Below are positions 1 to 12,460 of a stretch of DNA of 64,000 nt, piece by piece. Position numbers and translations under genes: made by a program. The stretch is from Leptogorgia sarmentosa (lineage: Eukaryota): assembly GCA_964658305.1 (NCBI GenBank), contig OZ210885.1, positions 14,074,001 to 14,138,000 of the forward strand, given 5' to 3'. Numbering within the stretch: position 1 is the stretch's first letter; each line of letters begins with the position of its first letter. The notes below the pieces were generated by a model, which was not told where the DNA came from, ran no database searches, and saw only the letters and a program-made list of their open reading frames with translations.

Positions 1-803
1 GGGCAGGAAGGCCATAATCGGTCGGCTTGTCCAGCTCTATCTCGGCCTGCTGTTGAGGGGTAAACGCAGGCTAGCCGTGAGACACCTAATAGTGCGGCAC
101 AGCCCATTGTGGACCAAGAGATCGAGCAGGTACGGGAGACCATGGCCAATTTGTTGGACACGGTGCTCTCTGAGCCTGGCGAGAACTCTGCAAGTTTGGG
201 CAGTGCCCTTTCTTTGGCTTTGCCTCTTGTTCCGTCAGGGGCTACTGAGACCCAAACATCAAGGGCAAGTGGTTCCCTGCCCCAAGAACGCCGCCTATTC
301 CACCGCCTCATTGTAAGCGTCGTCGGGCATCTAAGTCAGCGGAAAAGGACCGTTCGCGTTCTCCCCTCCGCAAAAACTCTCATCTGGAGAGTGAAGAGCC
401 ATCTTCGTGTGAAGAGCCCTATTATACCGTGCAATCAGAGGTTGACCATTCCAACCCGGATATCGAGCTCCCATCTGAAGAGAGACTATTGCCAGAGAAT
501 ATCCCCCTGCCGGAAGATGAGGGACCAAGTATCCCTTCTCTAATGGTTGGCATTCCTTCTATTGAGGGAATGTTAGATATCGATTTAAATGTTGATGGCT
601 CACTTTCAGACATGGCTAATGAATTATCTGACTCCCTCTTAACTTCTTTCGCCCGGGATGGTGCTAGCTCTTCTGCTGCAGCTAGCCCCTCGAATATTTT
701 TAGACCAGAAGCAACTCAGGCTTCTAAAGAAAATCTTGCTCTCCGTCGCTTTTTTGCAAATGATGGTGTCACTTCTGACGATGGGTCGGAAGGTAGCTTT
801 TGA
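1..803 (+). pseudogene. 3' part of ORF1 (gag-like, zinc knuckle) of an L1/Tx1-like non-LTR retrotransposon, frameshifted
   Basis: Frame 1 starts GQEGHNRSACP (second half of a CCHC knuckle), followed by a low-complexity S/P/E-rich tail ending at 803, directly upstream of an APE-endonuclease ORF2 start. Confidence 0.6.
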
Positions 804-820
804 GTCTCCCTTGTTTATAT

Positions 821-822
<2 letters not shown>

Positions 823-861
<39 letters not shown>
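823..861. repeat. (AAT)n microsatellite in the ORF1-ORF2 spacer
   Basis: About 12 direct AAT units. Confidence 0.95.
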
Positions 862-900
862 GTAATATGATTTATATAGTACATCTTTCACACACTCATT

Positions 901-2900
901 ATGGCTAAACAAGAAGTAACCATAATAACCTTAAATGTTCAAGGGTTATGCAACGCACGTAATCGCAAAACTCTTTTTTCCTGGCTGAATTGTGCCAAGC
1001 CTGATAATGTTGCCACACTCCTAAAGAGGAGTTTCACTCTTGGCTACAAACAGAGAACCGAGAGCAAAATAACTTACAACGGTATCTTGTAGAATCTTCC
1101 CCGGGTACTACTCGTAGTGCTGGGGTTGCCATATTATATAAGCCTTGTTATAAAGTGGAAAGCATTGCCAGTGACACAAGTGGTCGGGTCATTGTTATCT
1201 GCTTTAAACATCTTGACCTCGAATCTGTCATTCACATTGTCAACATTTATGGACCGAACCAGAAGCAACAGGGTGACGAATTTTTCGGGTCCCTTCATCA
1301 GCACATAGATCCTTCGTTTTCCACCATCTTGTGTGGTGACTTTAATGTTGTAGCTGATTCCCATGTGGATAGATTCGGATGTAATGCCGATTCTCCATGG
1401 GCGTATAACTGGCCTAGTTCTCTGTCTTCACTAACCCATTCGTAGATAGTTGGTGTTTAATGCACCCAGATCAGCGGGGTTGCATGTGGCGTCGTGCCAA
1501 TGACTCCCAGGTGTCCGGGCTCGATATGTTTTGGGTTTCTTCCTTGTTGCAGGAACATGTATCCGAAGTGTCCATTCTTCCATTTTTTCGATCGTTTTCT
1601 TCCGTGTGGCCCTTCCCGCTTTACCACAACGTGGTCCCGGAGTGTGGAAACTGAATGCCTCCTTGTTACACGACGAGACCCTGTGTGCAGAGGTTCGTTT
1701 TGGGCTTTGTGGCAGTTGGACAAATCCACTTTTCCCTCCTTAGCAGTATGGTGGGATGCGGGCAAGGCCCGGCTAAAACAGCTAATGCGGAAGTTTTCTC
1801 GGGGTACAGCCCGGAGTAGGCGTTCACAGGTTCATGATCTAGAAGCTCATTTAGCACAACTGTACCATTGTGAAGTGCTGGGTGACTATAACAACTTGCA
1901 GCGGTATCTTGTGGATTCTTCTCCGGGCCGGGCTGTATAACATTACTATACAAACCCTGCTTTAGGATGGAGCACGTTGACAGAGACGCAGATGGACGTG
2001 CTCTCATAGCACAATTGAAGCATATTGATTTTGAGTCTCTTATTCACGTTGTTAACATATATGGTCCAAATAAGAAGCTGGTGAAGATTTTTTCCCTCCC
2101 TTCATCCAAAAATTGATCTTTCTCTTCCCACTATCCTGTGTGGCAATTTTAACGTAGCAGTAGACCCCCATGGTGACCGACTGGGTTGTAATCCTGACTC
2201 TCCTTGGGACTACAGTTGGCCTGCTTCTCTATCTTCTCTGGTCGATTGGTGCGATCTGGTCAATACGTGGCAATTAACTCATCCCAACTAGACATGTTTT
2301 GGATTTTGTCTTCATTACATAAACACGTCTCTGAGGTATCCATTCTCCCCTTTTTTCGCTCGGACCATTCTTATGTATTCCTCCGTGTGGCCTTTCCAAC
2401 ACTACCGGAACGAGGTCCTGGGGTGTGGAAACTCAACACATCCTTGCTGCGCGATGAGACACTGTGCATGGAGGTCTGTAACTTCTGGGTCTCGTGGAAG
2501 TCCGAGAAAGATACTTTCAAAGATACAAGGCTCACTTGAAAGAAATCATCCGTCGTTTTTCTCAAGGCAAGGCTCGATCAAGGTGGTCGAACATGCACGA
2601 TTTGGAATCCACCCTCAATGGGTTGCTAATGGGGATGATGTGGCTCATCTAATAAAGGAACAAGAGATAAATTGGAGGTTGAGCACCACTACGCAGCAGA
2701 AGGTGCACGCATTCGGGGCAGGGAACAGTGGGCTAAGGAAGGTGAAACTTCCTCTGATCTTTTTTTTTCGGCAAGAGAAGGTGCAAGCATCACGGCGTTT
2801 GTTCACGGGTATTCGAAATGCAAAGGGAACCATAGTGAGATCTATCTCCGCAATTTTGCAGGTTTTATTGCATTTTCTATGTGCAACTTTTTACTGCCTC
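901..2900 (+). pseudogene. Decayed ORF2 apurinic-endonuclease region of L1/Tx1-like elements (two different partial copies back to back)
   Basis: Motifs TLNVQGL (901), VNIYGPN, ILCGDFN, LDMFW, SDHS and GPGVWKLN are spread over several frames. The endonuclease motif set restarts near 1900 with diverged sequence. No reverse transcriptase domain is present. Confidence 0.85.
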
Positions 2901-5240
2901 CATTTTATCATCCTCGGATCAGTCGTTTTGTCAAAGTTGAAAGTCGTTTTTTTCGTTTTTTGACATTTTGCCAGAATGTCACATTCACGTTGAGGCTCTA
3001 GCTGCCATTCATGCTGCTAAATCTGCTGAAAACCCTCCTCCAATATTTTTTTGATATATCAAAAAGTTTTTGATTTTTAAAAACAACAGTCTGCTGCCAC
3101 GTTAGATAAAAAATTTCTGTTTACAATTAAAATTTTATCTAACATGGCAAATACCTCTTTGTTCTATTACTTTCATGAGGATCGTTGTAAGCCACCTAGG
3201 TATATACAACATTCATACTGACTTTCTGACAAATTGGAAATATCATCTCCATATACATCAGTATCAGCCACAACATGCAGGGTCGGATCCAGCCTAGAAT
3301 CTGTGGATAGATTCGGATGTAATGCCGATTCTCCATGGGCGTATAACTGGCCTAGTTCTCTGTCTTCACTAACCCATTCGTAGATAGTTGGTGTTTAATG
3401 CACCCAGATCAGCGGGGTTGCATGTGGCGTCGTGCCAATGACTCCCAGGTGTCCGGGCTCGATATGTTTTGGGTTTCTTCCTTGTTGCAGGAACATGTAT
3501 CCGAAGTGTCCATTCTTCCATTTTTTCGATCGTTTTCTTCCGTGTGGCCCTTCCCGCTTTACCACAACGTGGTCCCGGAGTGTGGAAACTGAATGCCTCC
3601 TTGTTACACGACGAGACCCTGTGTGCAGAGGTTCGTTTTGGGCTTTGTGGCAGTTGGACAAATCCACTTTTCCCTCCTTAGCAGTATGGTGGGATGCGGG
3701 CAAGGCCCGGCTAAAACAGCTAATGCGGAAGTTTTCTCGGGGTACAGCCCGGAGTAGGCGTTCACAGGTTCATGATCTAGAAGCTCATTTAGCACAACTG
3801 TACCATTGTGAAGTGCTGGGTGACTATAACAACTTGCAGCGGTATCTTGTGGATTCTTCTCCGGGCCGGGCTGTATAACATTACTATACAAACCCTGCTT
3901 TAGGATGGAGCACGTTGACAGAGACGCAGATGGACGTGCTCTCATAGCACAATTGAAGCATATTGATTTTGAGTCTCTTATTCACGTTGTTAACATATAT
4001 GGTCCAAATAAGAAGCTGGTGAAGATTTTTTTCCCTCCCTTCATCCAAAAATTGATCTTTCTCTTCCCACTATCCTGTGTGGCAATTTTAACGTAGCAGT
4101 AGACCCCCATGGTGACCGACTGGGTTGTAATCCTGACTCTCCTTGGGACTACAGTTGGCCTGCTTCTCTATCTTCTCTGGTCGATTGGTGCGATCTGGTC
4201 AATACGTGGCAATTAACTCATCCCAACTAGACATGTTTTGGATTTTGTCTTCATTACAAAAACACGTCTCTGAGGTATCCATTCTCCCCTTTTTTCGCTC
4301 GGACCATTCTTATGTATTCCTCCGTGTGGCCTTTCCAACACTACCGGAACGAGGTCCTGGGGTGTGGAAACTCAACACATCCTTGCTGCGCGATGAGACA
4401 CTGTGCATGGAGGTCTGTAACTTCTGGGTCTCGTGGAAGTCCGAGAAAGATACTTTCAAAGATACAAGGCTCACTTGAAAGAAATCATCCGTCGTTTTTC
4501 TCAAGGCAAGGCTCGATCAAGGTGGTCGAACATGCACGATTTGGAATCCACCCTCAATGGGTTGCTAATGGGGATGATGTGGCTCATCTAATAAAGGAAC
4601 AAGAGATAAATTGGAGGTTGAGCACCACTACGCAGCAGAAGGTGCACGCATTCGGGGCAGGGAACAGTGGGCTAAGGAAGGTGAAACTTCCTCTGATCTT
4701 TTTTTTTCGGCAAGAGAAGGTGCAAGCATCACGGCGTTTGTTCACGGGTATTCGAAATGCAAAGGGAACCATAGTGAGATCTATCACCGCAATTTTGCAG
4801 CTTTTATTGCATTTTCTATGTGCAACTTTTTACTGCCTCCATTTTATCATCCTCGGATCAGTCGTTTTGTCAAAGTTGAAAGTCGTTTTTTTCGTTTTTT
4901 GACATTTTGCCAGAATGTCACATTCACGTTGAGGCTCTAGCTGCCATTCATGCTGCTAAATCTGCTGAAAACCCTCCTCCAATATTTTTTTGATATATCA
5001 AAAAGTTTTTGATTTTTAAAAACAACAGTCTGCTGCCACGTTAGATAAAAAATTTCTGTTTACAATTAAAATTTTATCTAACATGGCAAATACCTCTTTG
5101 TTCTATTACTTTCATGAGGATCGTTGTAAGCCACCTAGGTATATACAACATTCATACTGACTTTCTGACAAATTGGAAATATCATCTCCATATACATCAG
5201 TATCAGCCACAACATGCAGGGTCGGATCCAGCCTAGAATC
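1364..5240 (+). repeat. Near-perfect tandem duplication, unit about 1938 bp (1364-3301 and 3302-5240)
   Basis: Identical ORF translations offset by 1938-1939 bp; only a few substitutions and one 1-bp indel seen; TG microhomology at the junction. Confidence 0.95.
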
Positions 5241-5329
5241 TGACAATATCAATAATATCGAGCAGCGCAAATGTAGAGTTCCGCAAATGCCATTTCCTGC
5301 GATTTGGCACGTCAATTTTAAACAAAAAT

Positions 5330-5817
5330 TGGAGAAAATGTTTGTCGTCAATAATCTTTTTCTTTATCTTCATACAACAACTTGGAGCAAAAGGAGAAAA
5401 TGTTCATTGTTAATAATCTTTATGTTTATACAACAACTTGGAGGAAAAGGAGAAAATGTTCGTTGTTAATAATCTTTATCTTCATACAACAACTTGGAGG
5501 AAAAGGAGAAAATGTTCGTTGTTAATAATCTATATCTTTATCTTCATACAACAACTGGAGGAAAAGGAGAAAATGTTCGTCGTTAATAATCTTTATCTTT
5601 ATCTTGATACAACAACTTGGAGGAAAAGGATAAAATGTTGGTCGTTAATAATCTTTATCTTTATCTTCATACAACAACTTGGAGGAAAAGGAGAAAATGT
5701 TGGTTGTTAATAATCTTTATCTTTATACAACAACTTGGAGGAAAAGGAGAAAATGTTCGTCGTTAATAATCTTTATCTTCATACAACAACTTGGAGGAAA
5801 AGGAGAAAATGTTCGTA
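5330..5817 (+). repeat. Minisatellite, about 8 units of 54-66 bp
   Basis: Unit TACAACAACTTGGAGGAAAAGGAGAAAATGTTCGTTGTTAATAATCTTTATCTTCA with a variable number of TCTTTA. Confidence 0.95.
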
Positions 5818-6893
5818 GTTATTTATTGAGGCTATGTAACCTTAAAATTTCTGGCTGGCTGTGTTTCAACAACGAATATGACATATTTTGACGTCACAAG
5901 CTCTCAAGGTAAACACTAACACTCAAACGTTGTTTTTACTGCCGATGATGTATCGAACTGTCAACTAAATAACTGGTGAAGTATGTGATTTACTGTAGCG
6001 TGTTTCACTATCAAGCTGTGCCAGTGTGCGTTGTTCAAACGTTCATTCGAAGGACTAATTTCAAAGCTTCGGTATAAAGCGATTTCTAAAGCATTTTCAC
6101 TCACATGTTTATTACACAAAATATGAAATCCGAAAGACTAAAAAAAAATCAAGTTCATCAGACCATTCTTAATAATAATTATTTTAATGTGAATATTCAG
6201 CCAATACATCTTATTAAACTAATTTATGCCTGTTCCGTTTTATTTGAGACACCCTGTCTATGTATATCATCAATTCATTCAATTGCAAACTTCAAGGACT
6301 CAAAAGTCGAAACCTACTCCAGCCTGGATGGGGGGATTTAGAATAACAGTTGGAACTTTGTTGCATTACATTCCCTATATTTTCGGATTGTAATATTAGT
6401 GATCGTACAGTGAGTTTCAAAATGTGTAGCATCAACCTAGACGCATGCACAGATAGTGCATGCCTATTTTTTTTAGTGGCACAAACATGACAGACATACT
6501 TCACAATGCAGAACACAACTATGTCCAAAACTTGAATATGACTAGCACCATCAACAATACAGACCAACACAACATGGAAGACGATGACAACCCCCCACAC
6601 CACTTTAGAAAACAATAACAATACACCCAACAAACCACTAAACTGATCACAGAACAAAACCACCTTTATAGACGTACGACCAAAGCTACTAACATCCTTT
6701 GGGATTATATACACACTCAAACTGAAACTTAACAAACTTGAAACTAAACCGGACCAACTGATAGAGCACAAAAATACAAGTACACTACCACCTGGACTGA
6801 AAATCAACCAGAAATGCACTTTCGAATTACATAAGCAATTTGGAGAGTGCTGGGAGAGCACTCTAACAGATGACCCCCACGCTCTACTAGATA

Positions 6894-9875
6894 CAGTGCT
6901 GTAAGTAACTTCGTTACATTTTTCAGAAACTGTAACGGTAACTCGCTACATTTTGGGGACATGTAACTGTAACAGTAACTCGTTACAAAACATAGATTAA
7001 AATTGAAACGATTATGTTCGTTACAACTACAAGTTACTTTTTTGGCTTGAATCCTCGACCCGATCATCCACATAGTTCAAATGATGTAGTCTATGGATCG
7101 TCACGTGATTAGTCACGTTGTGCGCATTTCACAAATATGTGGGACAAAAATTCTAATGCAGAGGATATTATGGTAGTCGAAGCTGTTGAACAGTGAGAAG
7201 ACCAAGAGCCCAGCCCTAAACCAACAAATGAGAACGTCAATGTGACCCATCTGTGGCCTTATCTTTCCGACATGTTTGCTATAAAGTGAATAAGCAAAAC
7301 AAATGCGAAGGTAACCTGTTTACTCTGTGCTCCCAAGTACAAGGAATGCAGTTCAAGTTTGTCTTCTTTGTCGAATTTGCAGACACACGTCAAGGTAGGA
7401 ATTTTCAGAATTTAACAAACAAAAATTCATAGTTAACTATGAATAGTTTTATTAGTTTTATTTTATTTAAATATTTATAACAGTATAACAATGACACAAT
7501 GTTGTATTTCCGATTACTATTACATTTACTGAGCCAGTCATAAAAATCACATAAAAGTCGCATCGGAATGAATAATGAGTAATATTGTGAACAGGACATC
7601 AGTTACGACCTTACCGACACATAGGCCCTGTGTCTTCCCTACGTATATCTGACCCCTTGATTAAATGAAAGAATGATAGATGTACATATTCCATTCTGTT
7701 GTTTAATATTATTGCATAATTTAATACTTTAGAGAGTTCATCAACATAAATTACCTGCCTTCAACAGGCTATGTGATGAGGCTAAAAGAAAAATGCGTTC
7801 AATGACAAGGAGATGGACTGATAGTGATTCCGGAGACAGTGGAGCACCATCTGCTCCTAAACAACAAAAGCTGGATACTGTGCTTTCCTCTAAAGTCAAG
7901 TACAATGCCAATATGGTTACCCAAGCCCAAGTGGATAATTTGCTGATTAAGTTCATGACAGAAGCTGTTATGCCGTTTTCATTGGTTGAACAGCCTGCAT
8001 TTAAAGAATTTGTCTTAAGCCAAATCGATCAGTTATGTGCAGAGCTACAGTGGTACGGCAAATCAATGACAAAGCCAGTCTAGTGAAGAAAAATTTGAAA
8101 GAAACCACGGATAAAGTGGAATATGTTGCAACAACTACGGATTGTTGGAGTGCTCATGGTCGTTCATTCATGGGGGTAACTGGACATTGGATTGATCCTG
8201 AAACTTTGGAGAGAAAAAGTTGTGTTCTTGCTTGTCGGCATCTCAAAGGTAGAAACACATATGATGTACTTGCTAGCCAGTTGGAAGACATTCATAGAGA
8301 ATTTGAAATAAGATCCAAAGTTTCTAAAACCACTAGAGACAATGGGTCAAACTTTGTAAAAGCCCTCTCTGTTTTGCTGACAAAGACCAAGAAAATCGTG
8401 ATGATCCAGATACAGATGAAGAATGTCAATTTGAAGATGTCTTTGATGACTTAACGCAGGCAAGCGCATGTCTAGAGTATCAGCTTCCACCGCATCAACG
8501 TTGTGCAGCACATTCTCTCAATCTTATTTCAACAGCTGATGCAGAGAAAGCTGAGGCTGATGGAAACTACAAACGACTTAGCAGGAGTACCTTTGCAAAG
8601 TGTTCCAGCCTCTGGAATAAGAGCTCTCGCTCTGTTCAAGTTGCAGAAATGGTTGAAGAGAAGTGTGGCTTAAGTCTGATCAAACCAAATGCAACTCGAT
8701 GGAATTCAATTTTCATGGCTGTCCAGCGCATCCTAAGTACACTATATATAATTGTAACTAAACACTCAGCATATTACATAGATTAGTTGAATTTAATGAG
8801 CTAAGTGTATTTGTTTCAAACCTTTCTGTTTAGATTTAAAACTGCAGAAATTGCATTCCTTAGTCATTATGCTCAAGTCATGAAACCAGTAGCACAAGCA
8901 ATTAACATTCTACAGGGAGAAACAAACCACTCAAATGCCTACATGGGTTATCTAGCACCAACAATAACTGTACTGAGAGATAAGCTTTCAAAGAAGTTGG
9001 ATATTCCAGCTATGAAACCACTGGTCCAAGCACTATTAAATGGAATTGATAAGCAATTTGATTCCATGCTAAATGACAAAAAGATCATTGCTGCTGCAAT
9101 TCTTCACCCCAAATTTAAAGAAAGCTGGGCTACTGATTCTGATGTTATTGAAAGAGGTAACAAATACAATATGTATAACTTGAATATGAAGTAAATTAGT
9201 AAGTATCCCTATTATAGACAGCATGGGTTTATTTGTGGGATTTGTTTATAAATTTTAGGCATCTCCTTCATAAATGAGAAATTAGAAGGTATGATACAAC
9301 CAGTGCTTGATGAACATGGACAGTCCTCTTCAGAGGATCAAGATGAGAGTGAGGCAGATTTCTTCCAAGCTAAAAACAGGAGATCAAGCGATTGTACTTT
9401 AAAGTCATTTCTTCATAGTCCTGTTGAAAAACTTTGTGAATATACAAGATGGCCCTTGCTTCGCAAACTCTTTATTGAACTCAACACACCTTTGCCAGCC
9501 AACCTTTGAAAATTGCATCCTGGTGAAATGCAATGAAGACTTTGTTTGAAGATGTGATATACACATTATACACATTTTGTATGACACATGTTGAAATTTT
9601 TAAATTTGCAGTGTTGTGAGTGGTTGAATATGAATAAAGAATTTGTTTGAAATCTGTGCTGACTGTATCGATGCGGCATTTGGTACGACAAAGTTGTACG
9701 CAGAAGTCCACAGAAAATACACAAAAAATACACAAAAGTCCGTGACTTAGTAACTCAGTCAGTTTAAATAATTTTAATCAATATAAAAGGTAACTTGTAA
9801 CTAAGTTACAAAAAATACATTGTAACTTTGTAACTGTAACTAGTTACAAATAAAATGTAACTGGTTACAGCACTG
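6894..9875 (+). mobile_element. hAT (Ac/BED-finger type) DNA transposon, full length, transposase decayed
   Basis: TIR CAGTGCTGTAA / TTACAGCACTG; 8-bp TSD ACTAGATA (6886-6893, 9876-9883); subterminal GTAAC/GTTAC clusters; transposase motifs TTDCWS, DNGSNFVKA, HQRCAAH, TRWNS, AAILHPKFK with frameshifts and stops. Confidence 0.95.
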
Positions 9876-10670
9876 ACTAGATATCACAATCGCCTATCAC
9901 CAACACATGATTAAAGATACAAAACACAAACTACAACACAGGACAGACCAACTTAAAATAAAATTCAACGAAAAAACACAGCACAGAAAATAATAGACAA
10001 AACCAATGAACTTTGCTTAAAATACACAACAAGACACTTACAACAATAACTACCAAACAAACCACAAAAAGATTACAGGATACAAAAATCACGACCAAAC
10101 ACAAATTGCCTAACAACATAACCAAACACACTAAAAAAACAATAAATGGACTGAAAAGAATCCAACAACCAAGAAAAACACTCACATAGACCGACACAAC
10201 ATCAAACAAACCCTTACAGACGACATATGCAGAACTTCCGTTTCCAAACTTGGTAATTTCCTTATTTTTTTTTTTGACTGGAATTTCCTTTAAAAATTCC
10301 TTCAAATTTCCTTCTCAAGATCAGTGTTCAACAAAGAAAATGTGTGATTTACCAGTATGGAATGTAATGACAAAACCCCTTAAAAATTGATAAAATATAT
10401 TGGTGCACAAATATAAAAATAGATGATATCGGTGCACAGGAAGCACAGTAAGAGAAATGAATATTTGGTGTTCATTGTTCAACTTAACACTAATTCATTT
10501 TTGGGTTTTGGTTTATTATAACATGAAGTACTCTGACTGCAACAGCTGTGCATATGTAAGAACTAAGCACTAATAATTATGCAAATATGGTGCAAATTGG
10601 CATAAATCATAGATATAGGAAGCCTAGATTGCTGAGTGTAGAATAATTATATGCTGACGCATGTGGCAAA

Positions 10671-12460
10671 CAGAGGCGGACTGGCCCACCGGGAAGCCGG
10701 GAAATTTCCCGGTGCGCCCCCTCAGTTTTGCCATTTGGGCGCCCCCGCGGCCAAAATCGGATAAATAAAAAAGTGCATTAAATATTGAATATATATATGT
10801 TATTGACTGAGTGTGATGTCCGTACTGGAGGATACTGCACGGTCGAGTTCTTTTCTCGCTTGTTTATGGACTGAAGTGTTAGGTTTAAAAACCTCATGGG
10901 GCTTCTTCAGAGCACAGCCACGTTTTTCTCAGATTCGTGTAAAAGAATGAATGTATGGACTGAAGTGTTAGGCGCGCAAGCTGTCGGGTCAGCAAAGCTC
11001 AAGAGGCTACAGAAGATTGGTGCAACAAGATGGTGGTCAAAGCAGGCGGCGCTTGAGACAATCCTTGGCACCTACGATGACTTGGAAAAAGGAACGTTTT
11101 TTGTTTTGCTGCAGGTGCTTCATGGCATTAAGACAGTGCCAAATTTCAATTCTAAAGCAACATACGAAGCAACGGCATTGTTAGCAAAATGGTGTCAGTT
11201 TGACACAGTACTGACGGCCTTCTTGCTTCTTAGAGTTTACAGTGTTCTACGAGAAGCATCTGACTATTTGCAAACCAAAGGATTAGACTATCTAAGTGCT
11301 TGGCACATGGTCCAGTCTGCTAAAGAAAAGCTTCAAGTAATTCCATTTGATGAAGTTCATGAAAAAGCAACAGCCTTCGTTCAATCAAGAAATTGTTTGT
11401 TACTTGAAAGCGACTTAGATATTGAACCTGAAGCTGAACTTCCAGAATCAAGAGTTTCTAGGAAGAAACGTATGCCCGGAGAGATCATCTCGGACGAAGT
11501 TCCTCAAAATCGGCTTACTCGTTTCCGGGCTGATGTTTTCCGACGAGTAGTAGACCAGATCACAAATAGCATCAACGAGCGATTTTCTGTGAACGGCGAA
11601 CTAGTTAAAGATACAGCTTGTCTCGATCCCCGTCGGTTCAAAGAAATAAACGAGAAAGGTGTGCCAGATAATAGCCTGGAGAAGATTGCAGACTTGGCAG
11701 GAGTAGATTCTTCCAAACTTAAAGAGGAGCTGTTAAGCTTTGCAAGAAATTTTGATTCGCTCTCACGCACGCTTCAAAATGAATTCTTTAATTCAGATAG
11801 TGATAAAGAAATGGACAACGCCAGCGGAACAGACAGGGAGTCTGAGGATGATGAAGAACAGTCCACGGGGGGAATATGCAAAGGATCCTGCAAGAAATGC
11901 CTCGCATGTTGCCAGAGAGTTCTCTATAGATATTCATTAAATGCAGCTGCTTTCTCAAATCTATTTCTTGTTTATGAATATTTACTTACCCTGTCTTTTA
12001 CACAAGTTAGTTGTGAAAGAGCATTTAGTAAACTTAAATTCATTAAAACACGTTTGAGATGTAATTTAGCAAACGAGAAGTTAGAGGTATTTATGCTTAT
12101 GTGCAGCGAGAAAGACTTGCTTGACCGAATTACAGTGGACGATATCATATCAATTTTAAGTAAAAACTCAAGTGTATTCGCTAAACTACTTACACTGTAA
12201 TAGAGATTGTTTGATTCTTTGAATAAATTAATATTTTCTGTAACTTTAAGAGTAACCCTGGTTCAAATCAATTATATACTAAAACTTCATAGTTCCGCAC
12301 GCGTGGCTATACGCAGAACATACATATCGCAGATAAAATTGTCAAAACTCTCAAAATTCCGCAAATTATACGTATAGCTGAACTTTTCCGGGGGTGGTTA
12401 CGATCGGCGCCCCTGTCACCCAATTTTCCCGGTATATTTTTGGTAGCCAGTCCGCCCCTG
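10671..12460 (+). mobile_element. Internally deleted hAT element (Tip100/ZMYM-like transposase C-terminus)
   Basis: TIR CAGAGGCGGACTGGC / GCCAGTCCGCCCCTG; 8-bp TSD GTGGCAAA (10663-10670, 12461-12468). Confidence 0.92.
10896..12200 (+). CDS. C-terminal 434 aa of a hAT transposase including the dimerisation domain (N-terminus deleted)
   Basis: TRWWS, SDYLQTKGLD and TQVSCERAFSKLKFIKTRLR motifs. The frame is open, but the first catalytic aspartates and DNA-binding region are missing. Confidence 0.85.
   Translation: MGLLQSTATFFSDSCKRMNVWTEVLGAQAVGSAKLKRLQKIGATRWWSKQAALETILGTYDDLEKGTFFVLLQVLHGIKTVPNFNSKATYEATALLAKWCQFDTVLTAFLLLRVYSVLREASDYLQTKGLDYLSAWHMVQSAKEKLQVIPFDEVHEKATAFVQSRNCLLLESDLDIEPEAELPESRVSRKKRMPGEIISDEVPQNRLTRFRADVFRRVVDQITNSINERFSVNGELVKDTACLDPRRFKEINEKGVPDNSLEKIADLAGVDSSKLKEELLSFARNFDSLSRTLQNEFFNSDSDKEMDNASGTDRESEDDEEQSTGGICKGSCKKCLACCQRVLYRYSLNAAAFSNLFLVYEYLLTLSFTQVSCERAFSKLKFIKTRLRCNLANEKLEVFMLMCSEKDLLDRITVDDIISILSKNSSVFAKLLTL

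Noticed and set aside
5330..5817. CRISPR array or short repetitive ORFs (5438-5891)
   Set aside because: Pure tandem minisatellite without spacers; the ORFs are by-products.
6244..6258. Second Tc1/mariner element (TTTGAGACACCCTGT matches the 20136 end)
   Set aside because: A lone short match with no partner TIR or transposase found.
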